Below, one piece after another: positions 36,401 to 50,049 of a DNA stretch of 64,000 bases. The position numbers and the translations under genes were made by a program. The first letter of the stretch is position 1. Each line of letters opens with the position of its first letter. Location: positions 17,744-81,743 of the forward strand of contig NIVC01003703.1 of assembly GCA_002269645.1 (NCBI GenBank), written 5' to 3'. Origin of the DNA: Macrostomum lignano. Its lineage: Eukaryota. The notes under the pieces are model-generated. The model had not been told where the DNA came from. It was given only the letters and a program-made list of their open reading frames with translations, and searched no databases.

Positions 36401-39400
36401 GTACATCCTGTAAACCTTGTACACCCTGTACACCCTGTACACTCTGTACACCCTAAAAACTCACAGGCCTCGAGGCGGACTTCGCCTGCGGCGGCTCGAA
36501 CACGCCTATCCGACTAGTTGGCGAGATGGACGAGTCCCGGTTCTCCGCCAGCTCGAGCTACGCCAACTATTTGCCTTATAAGGCCAGGTGAGAGCTGAAT
36601 GGGATTATGCCGGAACATATTCGATCGCCATGGTAACTACCTGGTGATAAGTCGGTGAGGTGTCTTTAAAACTTTATAAACTCTCGATACCACGTATCGT
36701 CAGAGTCGAAAATTCTCAACAACACCACAGGGGTTGTAGCCTAGTGGTTAGAGCGTCGGACTCACGACTTGAAGGTCGGGGGTTCGATTCTCGACTCCAC
36801 TCGGAACAATTTGTGTCCTTGAGCAAGACACTTAATCCAGCTGTAAAATGGGTGCCAGCATTGGCTGGGGTAATTGAGGGTGAGTGTGGCGACCCCCCAG
36901 TCCTTGGACTGAACAGCCTTCTAGTTGTCCTTGGATTCATGCCCATGAGGGCAACCCCCCCCCAAGGCACAGAGAGTGTACATGCCTGACGATTGGAAAG
37001 TCAGGACCGCTGTACACCCTGTGTGAGCTTGTGCATGAGTGCGTGACTGTGTACAGTATTGGCGCGCTTGTGTGTGTTCAGGAGTCAGCGAAGGCATTTC
37101 ACCCAAGTGCCCACAGGTCTACTGAGGTATTTTTTATCCTATGAGATCCAGCCAGAGGGTTAACCAGAAGGTTTCCCGACACTGCTCAACATACAGGGTG
37201 ACCAATGACGGCAACATCGACAAAGCCTGGTGCCCCTCAGTGAGCTTGCAGCCGCACCAACTCACCGAGTGGATCAGCGTGCAGTTCGACTCGGTCAAGA
37301 TTATCAACAACCTGCTGACTGTGCCCAGGCAGCACCGGTCTGTTGAGCTGGTGAGCCCGCTGCGGTTGATTGCTGATGATAATTCCCCCGATAGTGGTGT
37401 TTTATTCCCCGGCAAAAGTGATAATTCCCCCGATAGTGGTGTTTTATTCCCCCGGCAAAAGTGATAATTCCCCGATAGTGGTGTTTTATTCCCCCGGCAA
37501 AAGTGATAGTTCCCCCGATAGTGGTGTTTTATTCCCCCGGCAAAAGTGATAGTTCCCCCGATAGTGGTGTTTTATTCCCCCGGCAAAAGTGATAATTCCC
37601 CCGATAGTGGTGTTTTATTCCCCCGGCAAAAGTGATAATTCCCCCGATAGTGGTGTTTTATTCCCCCGGCAAAAGTGATAGTTCCCCCGATAGTGGTGTT
37701 TTATTCCCCCGGCAAAAGTGATAATTCCCCTGATTAATGGCCATAATTTCTCCTGATAACGGTGATAATTCCCTGGTAATGGCGATTATTCCCTGAATAT
37801 GTCCCTCGGATACGATGCATAATTCCCTAATATAAATTTGAATCACCATTTATTGCGAGTACTTCGATAAATTTCGACAATTACCCTGACAAGATAAAAC
37901 CGACAATTCAACGCAGAATTTTCTTGTACATGTAGCTGGTCTCCTAGAATTTGACTCATTCTTCTCTGATCTTGTCTGTTGATGGTCGCCACCCAAATCG
38001 CCATCGCTTCAAGCTGTCAACTTCAATGCAGGCTGAGACTGACAGTGTCTCCGGGGCAGACAGGCAGTGAGTCAGTGTGGCCTGACGCGGCGCTAATAAA
38101 TAATTATTGTGCACAGACCATCAAGCCAACCAGCCAGTTGATCGAGCGGAATTTGAACAATAATTATATTATCATAATAATTACTCAAGTTAACAAATAT
38201 GCTTAATTCTCTACTTTTTCCCTGTCTCCCCAGTGTTGTAATGGATAAATAATATAGGAAGAACATTGTAGCATGCCGGCAGCAGCTGCTGGAGCTGACA
38301 GGCTTAAAAGAAGATTATGTTTCTCCCTTATTTTCCTGGCACGACCTGGGGAAGAGAGGCGGAGGCCCTCTGGTGCTATGGATATTTTCCCCTATTATTT
38401 CTTCCCATATAACTGCTGGCGGTCCCGGCTGGCTGAGCAGCAATCGGCCATTTTCCATGGCGGCAGGAGCTCAGGGGGGGGGGGGACTACCGGAGGCTCC
38501 GCCCAGTGCCCCATCTTTATTCACTGCTCTGCAGCATCTGTAGGCAGATGGATTATCGCCTAAGGGCTTCTCAAGCCCGCCTGTCTGCTCTGCTGTCGGC
38601 ATCTCCTCCTCCCACTCTGCCTTACCCTCATCGTCTCACTCTCATCTCCATGCCTACAGCTGCAGAGATAAGAACAAAACAATCACTTCTGCCTTCGCCC
38701 TCCTCCCCCGCCTGTCTCAGAAGAATTCGCTTCAGGGTTGGGGATGTGCGGGCTTGGGAACTGTGGATGCAGGATTTATCTGACTGGGATTTCTGCTAAG
38801 CTGTAGAAATGAATTTTCAAATCAGCCGAGCGTCGCCACAGATTTTATGGTGGGGGGGGGGTGCCGAAGTGACGCCCAAAATTGAGAATTTTTCTTGCCT
38901 AACAGGTGCATTGCCAGCTGGATGCTGACTTTCGCTACAAAATGATAGTAATAGTAATCATAACAAGGAACTTAACAACTCAGGACGCTACACTCGCGAA
39001 TGGTAGAAATTCTAGAAAAGGCCGCTTGCTTTAGCTGTGTCTATGGCAATGAAGCCTTTCACTAACATTTTTCATATTCTCAATGCTGGTTCAGACCAGC
39101 ACTGCTGGTTTGTAGCAATAATTTGTTTCGTCTAAAATCTTGATAAATAGCAACACTCTTTTCATCAAAATGTCAATGAAGTGCTGCATCCCTGGATGCA
39201 GAAGCAATTATAAGAGCGGTGAAAAATGCACTGTTTTTGGCTTTCCAAAGGAAGAAGCTGAAGCTGTGGCATGGCTCAATGCGTTGCCTGTGCAAGTTAA
39301 GGTAATTTATGTTGCCTTTTGAACCTAATTTTTCGTTTCTACTATAAAGATACTTATATTAACTGAATTGTGATGATCATTTCATTCTATCTGTAGAAGG

Positions 39401-42400
39401 CTAGCATCTACATGGGAGTCTGCAAAAATCACTGGCCTGAAAATGCACCACTGAAACGAATTAACCGCCATACACGCCCCATCGACCCAACCTTTTCTAG
39501 AATTTCTACCATTCGCGAGTGTAGCGTCCTGAGTTGTTAAGTAGTCCTAGAATCATAATCATAATCATGATCAAAATCATAATCAAAATAGTTGATTGCA
39601 CCTGCCCCAATTCGAGCAGATATGCAACCGACAGCTCAGCCGCAGCTATTTGCGCGGCGCATCTGAAGGCTGCGTACGGCTGTTCAGTCCAAGGACTGGG
39701 GGGTCGCCACACACACCCTCAATTACCCCAGCTAATGCTGGCACCCATTTTACAGCTGGGTGAACTGAAGCAATGCAGAGTTAAGTGTCTTACTCAAGGA
39801 CACAAATTGTTCCAGTGGGATCGGGAAGCGAACCCCCGACCTTTCAGTCGTGAGTCCGATGCCTTGATCACTAGGCTACAGCCCATGGTTTGGCCATAGA
39901 CAAATCCAAGAGAGAAAAATCTTTCTATAAAAAATAGAACAAGCTGATTGAAATTTGCTTGCTTGCCTGTCCTCATTGCCTAATCTCCGCCTCCGGATGG
40001 TAAGATAGTTGAGACATTTATGAGTATTTTCAGCGAGATTGACACCATTTTTTACTCTTTCTGCTTTGGCTGTCCTGGAAAGGCGAGAATTCACATTTTT
40101 GTTCCTCTGTTACAGTCACTGTAGCTTATAAGCTTACTGACAGAGTTCTTTTGAGTCTTCACAGGAGGTAAAATTTCAGGACTCAGAATCAGATCCTGAC
40201 CGAACTGTTGCCTGCCGCTCTCCTCCCTTGCTCGGTCTGGTAAACAGAGGACGGAGAGAAAAATAATTAACTAGCTACCTTCACTTCTCGGGCGCGACCT
40301 GTTTGCTTAATCCTTGTCTTGGCCCTGCCCGCCTGTCACCGTGGCGAAGGGAAATTAAGTCTGCGCAGGATCGCTAGAGAGGCTACTCAATGGGCGCCCC
40401 TGTGCGCGGTTGGAGAGCGAGCAGGTGCGGCATAATAGAGCCGAAGCAGCTCCCGCTTCCTGCGGATAGCAAACAGCCAAGGGCTTGCGGCCAGCTGTGA
40501 GCACTCGAGAGCCGACTGACTGGCCAGCTTGACTGACTTGAGCAAAATTGACTCCTTCCAGGCTGAGATCTGCACTCGGATTGCAGCCAGCGGGGTCTGG
40601 AGTTTCTTCCGTGCCAAATTTAATTAATTATTTTTATTCTGAATTTTGAAGACAAAAGTGGACATTAATTCCCGATTGCCAGGGCGAGTTCACCAAGCAG
40701 CTGTTCATCCAGTACAGGCGCTCTGACTCGGAGGACTATCGAAACTATTCGCTGATTTCCACTCGGGATGGCGAACTGAAGGCTAGCAAGGTGAGTTCAC
40801 CTGAGTTCACCCGGGTTCACTTGGGTTCATCTGGGTTCACCTGGGTTCACCTGGGTTCACCCGGATTCACCTGGGTTCATCTGGGTTCATCTTGGTTCAC
40901 CCGGATTCACCTGGGTTCACCTGGGTTCACCTGGGTTCACCCGGATTCACCTGGGTTCACCTGGGTTCATCTGGGTTCGCCTGGGCTCACCTAAGTTTAT
41001 CTGAATCTGGGTTCACCTAAGTTCACCTGGGTTCACCTGGGTTTACTTGGGTGCACATGGGTTCACCTGGGTTCACCTGGGTTCACCTGGGTTCACCTGG
41101 GTTCACCTGGGTTCACCTGGGTTCACCTGGGTTCACCTGGGTTCACCTGGGTTTACCTGGGTACACATGGGTTCACCTGGGTTTACCTGAGTTTATCTGA
41201 ACCTTGGTTCACCTGAGTTTATCTAAACCTGGGTTCACCTGGGTTCACCTGAGTTCACCTGGGTTCACCTAGTTCACCTGGGTTCAACTGAGTTTATCTG
41301 AGTTCAATGTAGGTCTCAGGTTGGGCCACCGACTCTCTTGGACCCTCTCATGGTGGGTCTCAGGTTGGGTCATTGACCCTTCCTGAGGTCTTGGGTTGAG
41401 AGAAAGCCGCTCTCAAACCCTCTATGAAGCATCAATGGGCCACCATAATGCTACCATATTTGATCTGCTGTCGTGAATCTTGCAGCTCGTGAAGGGAAAC
41501 TCCGACCTGAAGGACCGGCGCAACTACGTCACCCTGCGGCCGCCGCTGGTGGCCAGCCAGATCCGCATGTACCCGGTGAACCCGGATCGGGGCGAGGTGA
41601 ACGCCTGCCTCAAGTTCGAGCTGTTCGGCTGCCCCGACTACCAGGGCGTCATGGCGTACTCGGCCGCCGTGGGCCACGGCCGCCAGTTCCAGGACGCATA
41701 CTACGACGGCAGGCGCGGCCAGGACGGCGTCCTTCGCGACGGCCTCGGCCAGCTGACCGACTGCATCGGGGCTGACAGCGGCGCCGAGGCGGCCGCCTAC
41801 GCCAACGGCGACCCGCTGACGCCGTTCGTTGGCTGGGACCGACGCCGGCTTGGCCGCGACTACATCGATTTGCAGTTCGACTTTGACAGGGTGCGCCTGT
41901 TCGACGGCTTGCGGCTTGACGTCAGCAACGACTTCGTCGGCTGGGACGCCCGGCTGTTCAGCCTGGCCAACGTGTCCTTCAGCATCGGCGGCCGCCGGTT
42001 CCCCAAGTGGACAGCCACCCGGGTGCGGCCCGACCCCAACCGGCGGGGAGCCAGGGTCATCCAGCTGCAGCTGCACCGCCACATGGCCCGCTTCGTGCGG
42101 CTCAGGCTGCACTTTGACCCGGCGGCCAACTGGATACTGCTGGCTGAGGCCACGTTTCAGTCCAGTGAGTTGCTCTGCTGCTCTAATCCTCTGCTGCTCT
42201 GATCCTCTGCTGCTCTGATCCTCTGATCCTCTGATCCTCTGATCCTCTGATCCTCTGATCCTCTGATCCTCTGATCCTCTGATCCTCTGCTTCTCTGATG
42301 CTCTGATCCTCTGATCCTCTGATCCTCTGATCCTCTGATCCTCTGATCCTCTGATCCTCTGATCCTCTGCTCCTCTGATCCTCTGCTGCTCTGATCCTCT

Positions 42401-45400
42401 GCTGCTCTGATCCTCTGCTGCTCTGATCCTCTGATCCTCTGATCCTCTGATCCTCTGATCCTCTGATCCTCTGATCCTCTGATCCTCTGCTCCTCTGATC
42501 CTCTGCTGCTCTGATCCTCTGCTGCTCTGATCCTCTGCTGCTCTGATCCTCTGCTGCTCTGATCCTCTGCTGCTCTGATCCTCTGCTGCTCTGATCCTCT
42601 GCTGCTCTGATCCTCTGCTGCTCTGATCCTCTGCTGCTCTGATCCTCTGCTGCTCTGATCCTCTGCTGCTCTGATCCTCTGCTGCTCTGATCCTCTGCTG
42701 CTCTGATCCTCTGCTCCTCTGATCCTCTGCTGCTCTGATCCTCTGATCCTTTAATTCCCCTCAAGTAGGGACGCTACCACTCTCCGATTCCCCTCAAGTA
42801 GGGACGCTACCACTCTCCGATTCCCCTCAAGTAGGGACGCTACCACTCTCCGATTCCCCTCAAGTAGGGACGCTACCACTCTCCGATTCCCCTCAAGTAG
42901 GGACGCTACTACTCTCCGATTCCCCTCAAGTAGGGACGCTACCACTCTCCGATTCCCCTCAAGTAGGGACGCTACCACTCTCCGATTCCCCTATGGCACA
43001 CGCGGCTCTCAAGTGTCTGTAGCTACTACGAGCTATTATTAACGTTACCAGACACGACATGCAGCAGCTCTCGCAAATCTGTGTCACACAGATGCTTTTC
43101 AACGAGTAACTGGCAAATGCCAAATATTCAGCACCAGTAAGCATATAGGTCTCTAGAAAAATCCTAAAATTTCAGATCGCGACTTCTCTTTCAATGGGAT
43201 GAAGCAATTAGCAAATGGAGCGTCAGCGTTTTTAGCAGATTAAGGGCTTAGCAGACTCACTGTGGCAGTTCGAGTTACATAAAGGTTGCCTGACGCATTA
43301 GCGGATCGAATAATTCTCTAGCTGCTAAAAATTTTGCTCACTCAAAAACTGGCGACGATGAAATCAGAGAGTTCCTCTCCCTCTCTCCTCCTGCCCCCGT
43401 CATCTGGGGCATTGAGTCATCTACTGGAAGCATCTACTGCGTATAGATAGCTATTGAAAGAAAATGTCTCAACAAAGTCTCACGGATTCTGTATCGACTT
43501 CCCACTCCTTCTCTTCCCTTACCTAAATAGGCCGTTTTCTCCACTCGTCCCCGCCCCCCGCCGAGCTGCTCTCTGTCTGCTCCCAAACACAGATAAACAC
43601 AGAGCTGCGTGTATTGGGACTGCAAAGACAGGCCGACCAGCACGAATGCGTCATCATCATCCTTAGCATCATCAGCTGCGCGTCCAGCTTCCCACAGGCC
43701 GCGTGTGAAACACACGCATAAACACACATATAAACACACGCATGGAAAACACCCGGGAGAGAGAGACTGCTATATACACTCTTTAGTCCCCTGCTTTTTG
43801 TCTTGCCGCTTTTCGACCTGTTGCCGTGGGCCCTCGTTTCCCGTCATCTCTACTTCTCTCTCAGCTTCCTCCTTTGCTTCATCCCGCTCAAGCAGTCGCC
43901 TAGCAAACCTCTGTAGCCTCTGGCGCACCTTGGCTTTCATCCAACTCGAGCCTGTAGCTATAACCCTTTTTTTCTCCCGCTCGTCTGCTTCCGTAGAAGC
44001 AGAGAAAAAAGCCGAAAATCTCCGCGTCTCACTGACGGCAGTTACAGAGAGTTGGGGAGGAGGGCGGGGGGGGGAAGGAAAATACACAAGAGCGCACAAA
44101 TACAACATCAATGCAAACGCTGGCAATGATGAAGTGCGCATATTCGGCTATTCTATTCATTCAGGCAGTCCACAGGAATGAGGGGGATTAGCGCGTTGAA
44201 TTTGCCTCCCACTAGACTGTATACAGAGAAATGAATGCCCCGCAACTGCTGATTGTTGCTCTCAGGTCAACCTGGCCCACTCCCCGAGGCCTGAACACCT
44301 CATTCCCATCCCAGGGGCAACAGCAGGATGAGGCAGCAGGCCAGCTTAGTGCAACTGCAGCATCCAATGCAAAGATGCCTTATCTAAGCACAATCTACAA
44401 GATTCCCCAACCACACTTAGTTATTATTTTTAGTCACTTGTATATTACTATCAATATTACCTACGCTCGTATAAACCTATATCCGCAAATATAAACTTAT
44501 AAACAGCACTACACGCTGAGTCTTATCTGCTGCATTGGGAAAGAAAATGTCATAAAAAAGCTCGCGACCGCACAGCTTACTTAAGTGCCGTGACCCTCCC
44601 GCTAAGCCATAACTGTTGGGCTGGGTTGGCAGTAAAACAACATTAGGCGGCAGTCTAGCCAACCCAAGTATTGTAAGTAACCTTTGTTTGGATCGGCGGG
44701 GCCAAGTGTGCTCAGGAATGCCTTGAAGCTCAGCTGACATAGGTTAGAGTCGGTCCCGAATCCGCTGGTCTCAGAGCGATGGCATGTCCCGGACTCATCA
44801 ATCATGCCGGGAGTCAGAGCCGCCCACTTCCCCCCCTTCCACGGTGCGGCTTCATATCTGTCCAGGTTCAGACTGGCCAAGGACTACTAGATGTATAAAG
44901 TATCTCGATTAGAAACTTGCTCAGATTGACAAGGACTACTGAATGTATATAGAGAATCTGGATTGGAAACTTGCTCAGATTGGCCAAGGACTACTAAATA
45001 TATAGAGAACCTGGATTGAAAACTTGCTTAGATTGAGCAAAAACGACTGATATAAAGAAAGTTTTCCACTCCAGTTTCTATATTTAGAACTCCTGATACG
45101 GACTTTGGCAGAGTTAATGCACCCCCTCCCCCTTGTCAGTCGGGTCAGCCACAGCGGCTGACACAGGGAGAAGTGGCATTTTAGACTGGAAAAAGCGAAT
45201 GAGGGAAGGGCAGTCCGAGCTAATAAATCAATAATAAGCATCAGGGCCTCTCTGGGGGGGCAATAGTGCATCTTACTAATTATTCGATAGTGAAATAGAC
45301 GGCTAATGCGGCTCACCTGGAAACTGCAGCCTGCCTGGATTCCTAATACGAGTAACCTAAGCTAACTTTATTGGAACTCGGCCTTTTTCTTCCCAGAGAG

Positions 45401-48400
45401 AGAGAGAGAATGCCAGAGAATGCTGCAAGATGTATTATACGAATATTCCCCATTTTGTCAGTAGTTTTTCCCCATTCTAGCCAGCCCTGGCCATGGCCTT
45501 CTTACTTCTCAGAGTCATTGGGAAGCTCTGTGAAGCCTTGGAGACGGTCTCTGTTCCCCATCTCCCTCCTCAGACCCCTCCATTCTCTTTCTCTCTCTCT
45601 GCGGGATTCGAGCGGAGTCGGGATTAATTCTGCCTGATGCCTTTCGGGCAATTTATCCGCATGGCCGAATTTCAGCGGCAGGGAGAATATCTCGATGCAG
45701 CCTGGCCCTGCTCAGTGATTATAGACAGTCATTTACAAGGCCGACCAGGGAGCATATTTAGTAATAGTAAGTTCTCCGGGGGCTTAGTGAAGTTTATTAT
45801 AAACTTTCCAGTATGGCCGCCAGGAAGTTTGCCTAATTTAATTAAACTGGCACGGCTCCTGGCCTTTGATCTTTTTTGAACCATCAGCTGAGCTGGCGGC
45901 GGTACTTTTTTGGATGCCAATTTGACTTTTATTTAGTAAAAAATGTTAACGAATTTGTGAAAGAAATTTTCGATTCAGAATGAGGCCGAGAGAGGATTTC
46001 AGAATTGGGAAGTCTATTTGAGAGGATTTCAGAATTGGGAAGTCTATTTGAGAGGATTTCAGAATTGGGAATTCTATTTGAGAGGATTTCAGAATTGGGC
46101 AGTCTATTTGAGAGGGTTTCAGAATTGGGAAGTCTATTTGAGAGGATTTCAGAATTTTGGAATTCTATTTGAGGGGATTTCAGAATGGGGAATTCTATTT
46201 GAGGGGATTTCAGAATGGGGAATTCTATTTGAGAGGATTTCAGAATGGGGAATTCTATTTGAGAGGATTTCAGAATTTTGGAATTCTATTTGAGGGGATT
46301 TCAGAATGGGGAATTCTATTTGAGGGGATTTCAGAATGGGGAATTCTATTTGAGAGGATTTCAGAGCGGGGAATTTATTTGAGAGGATTTCAGAATGGGA
46401 AATTCTATTTGTGAGGATTTCAGAGCGGGTAATTCTATTTGAGAGGATTTCAGAATTTTGGAATTCTATTTGAGGGGATTTCAGAATGGGGAATTCTATT
46501 TAAGAGGATTTCAGAGCGGGGAATTCTATTTGAGAGGATTTCAGAATGGGGAATTCTATTTGAGAGGATTTCAGAATTGGGAAGTCTATTTGAGAGGATT
46601 TCAGAATTGGGGAATTCTATTTGAAAGGATTTCAGAATTGGGGAATTCTATTTGAGAGGATTTCAGAATTGGGGAATTCTATTTGAGAGGATTTCAGAAT
46701 GGGGAATTCTATTTGAGAGGATTTCAGAATTGGGAAGTCTATTTGAGAGGATTTCAGAATTGGAAAGTCTATTTGAGAGGATTTCAGAATTGGGGAATTC
46801 TATTTGAGAGGATTTCAGAATTGGGGAATTTTATTTGAGAGGATTTCAGAATTGGGGAATTCTATTTGAGAGGATTTCAGAATCGGGGAATTCTATTTGA
46901 GAGGATTTCAGAGCGGGGAATTCTATTTGAGAGGATTTCAGAGCGGGGAATTCTATTTGAGAGGATTTCAGAGCGGGGAATTCTATTTGAGAGGATTTCA
47001 GAGCGGGGAATTCTATTTGAGAGGATTTCAGAATGGGGAATTCTATTTGAGGGGATTTCAGAATTGGGGAATTCTATTTGAGAGGATTTCAGAATAGGAA
47101 CTGGGAAAGGTGAAAAATGCGTTTCAAAATGTCTACGACGCCCTTCGAGTGCAGGTGAACAGTGGCACATGCCCCCTGGCCCCTACCAAAGTCAGACTCG
47201 GCCCTCCCCAAGCCCTGGGGGCAAACATACACAAATGAGTCATTTCTATCAGCTTGTTTTCTGGATTGCAGATGCAGGGAATTGCTGCTAGGCCAGGGTT
47301 CAAGAGAGCCGGAGCCTGGCCAAGTTGACAACCCCGATAAAACCAAAACCGATTATTACTGATGCGACGTTTTTAGCGCAACGGGATGGCTATTGCGGCA
47401 GGGACAGCGATGGGATGAAATCCACGGGAATTAGCCGTGTTTATACGGCTTGGCCAGCGCTGATTGATGCCTGAAGGCAAGTCGAGGAGCCACCGCCCCC
47501 TCTGCGACGAGATTTTTTTAGTCATTTTTTCAGTCTTTCGGCTACAGCCGGCTCGCTTTTTTAGGCTTTAATTAGCACGAGTTTTTGTGGGAGAAAATAT
47601 CCCGCTGCGAAGCATTGATTCCCAGATCCCTATGCTTGCCTCCCGTTCATCAACAAATTAGTTACTGTTGGACACGAGGGAGTGGGGGAGTTTGTTTCAA
47701 TGTTTCAATCTCGCCAAAAAATTGGAACTGCAATCATTGAATTACTGCTTCATTAACTTTCCTTCTCGTCTCAGAACAGCTTTCTCATACTAGTGCGCTC
47801 GTACTCATGCTCATCGCTCATGTTGTTCATGTTCATGCTCATGCTCATACTCATGCTCATACTCATGCTCATTGCTTATGTTGTTCATGTTCATGCTCAT
47901 GCTCATACTCATGCTCATACTCATGCTCATACTCATGCTCATACTCATGCTCATACTCATGCTCATGCTCATACTCATGCTCATTGCTCATGTTGTTCAT
48001 GTTCATGCTCATGCTCATACTCATGCTCATACTCATGCTCATGCTCATACTCATGCTCATACTCATACTCATAACTTATATTCATACTCATACTCATACT
48101 CATGTTCATGCTCATGCTCATGATGTTCATGTTCATGCTCATGCTCATACTCATGCTCATACTCATGCTTACACTCATGCTCATACTCATGCTTACACTC
48201 ATGTTTATACTCATATTCATACTCACACTAATACAGGCATCGTTCGGTCTCCGCCGTCGCCGGAACGCGACGACAGCTGGCTCGGCTTTGACGACAACGT
48301 CAGCAATCAGGCGGCTGCGGTGCCACCTCAGCAGCCGCATCCGCCGCGGCAACCGCCTCCTAAGACGCCAGGAGATGCGGAGATTCCAAACACAAACACG

Positions 48401-48431
48401 AACAGCGGTGAAGCGCACATGGACGACGGGA

Positions 48432-48478
<47 letters not shown>

Positions 48479-50014
48479 AGCGAGCTGGCTTACATTGCTT
48501 TGATCTCGGCCTGCCTGCTGGGCTCAACTCTGCTGCTTCTGGTCGTCGGTTTGTTCTGCATCCGCCGTCGACGCCACTGCCGACGCAGGCGCCTGTTCGG
48601 CAAGGCGATCGGCTTCGGCTTCATCGGCGCCGGCAACGGCGGAAGCGGCGGCTGCTCGATGTCCGGCTTGCCTAGCAAATCGACCACCGCTTCTCCGGCC
48701 GCCGGAGCTGCTGGAGCTGCCGCTGATTCGACCGATGCCACAATCGGCGCCGCCGTCCACCTCGACTTCGGCGGCAGCGGCCGTCCGGCCGTCCTCGGCA
48801 CCTACAACAGCCTGCCGGAGTCCGACGAGGAAGAAGAAGAAGACGAGAAGCGCCTGGAGGCGATGGACAACTTCGACGAGGAGGAGGAGGATGAGATCGG
48901 CGACGGAGTCGGCGACCGGCGCGCGCTGCACCGAGTCGCGCAGAACGGCGCCGAGCGGCGTCGGAGGCGAAAGCAGCAGCAGCAGCATCAGCCGCGGGGC
49001 CACAAGCTGCACAGCCGCACCAGCCACGAGTATGCCAGCGCCTCCCTGTGCGGCCCGCGCTTATCGCAGATGCACTCGCAGACGACACAGCAGCAACAGC
49101 AGCAGCAGCAGCCGCTCTACTTTCACTACGCCAGCAGCCCTCTGCCTCCCTGCCCGCAAGCCCCGCTGCTCTTGCTGAATGCAAACGGCGGAGGCGGAGG
49201 CGGTGGCGGCGGTGGCCAGCAGCCGCAGCAGCCGCTGTACGCCAGAGGCCTCTGCGGCGTTCCGCTTCTTGGCAGCAACGGAGCGGCGGGCCCCCTTCTG
49301 CCGCCGCTGCCGCCGCCTCCTCCGGTGCCCCGGTTCCCGTCAGATCTCAACATTCAGGGTGTGCAGCGAATCTTGTCGGGGTCGTCGCTGGAGGGCTTTT
49401 AATTATACCTGCACACAGGGAGACTGTAGATTGCACACAGGGAGACTGTAGATTGCACACAGGGAGACTGTAGATTGCACACAGGGAGACTGTAGATTGC
49501 ACACAGGGAGACTGTAGATTGCACACAGGGAGACTGTAGATTGCACACAGGGAGACTGTAGATTGCACACAGGGAGACTGTAGATTGCACACAGGGAGAC
49601 TGTAGATTGCACACAGGGAGACTGTAGATTTCACACAGGGAGACTGTAGATTGCACACAAGGACACAGTAGATTGTACACAAGGACACAGTAGATTGCAC
49701 ACAAGGACACAGTAGATTGCACACAAGGACACAGTAGATTGTACACAAGGACACAGTAGATTGCACACAAGGACACAGTAGATTGCACACAAGGACACAG
49801 TAGATTGCACACAAGGACACAGTAGATTGCACACAAGGACACAGTAGATTGCACCTTGCGTAAATTCGCCTACGAAGTTTTCGTACAACTTCGTCTATTT
49901 AGACGCTCTACGCTCGTATTACTCACAGTAGTATTCAAACTGCGCCTCGCAGGCTGCACCGGCACGGCAGTGTACGCCTGCCCGCCCGCCATCGACTCGG
50001 AACGACCCCATGCG

Positions 50015-50049
<35 letters not shown>

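Noticed and set aside
36731-36800. Possible tRNA gene (A/B boxes, CAC anticodon-like loop)
   Set aside because: The acceptor stem pairs poorly, and the sequence continues into a body shared by three dispersed copies, so it is a SINE head.
43770-44141. 123-aa charged ORF on the minus strand within DDR intron 5 (and a 92-aa ORF at 44602-44880)
   Set aside because: No recognisable domain and no consistent exon chain; cannot be supported as a nested gene.
47807-48236. N-terminal extension of the 531-aa ORF (His/Ala/Met-Leu repeats)
   Set aside because: It is the CTCATR hexamer repeat in an intron. The real exon starts at the acceptor at 48236.
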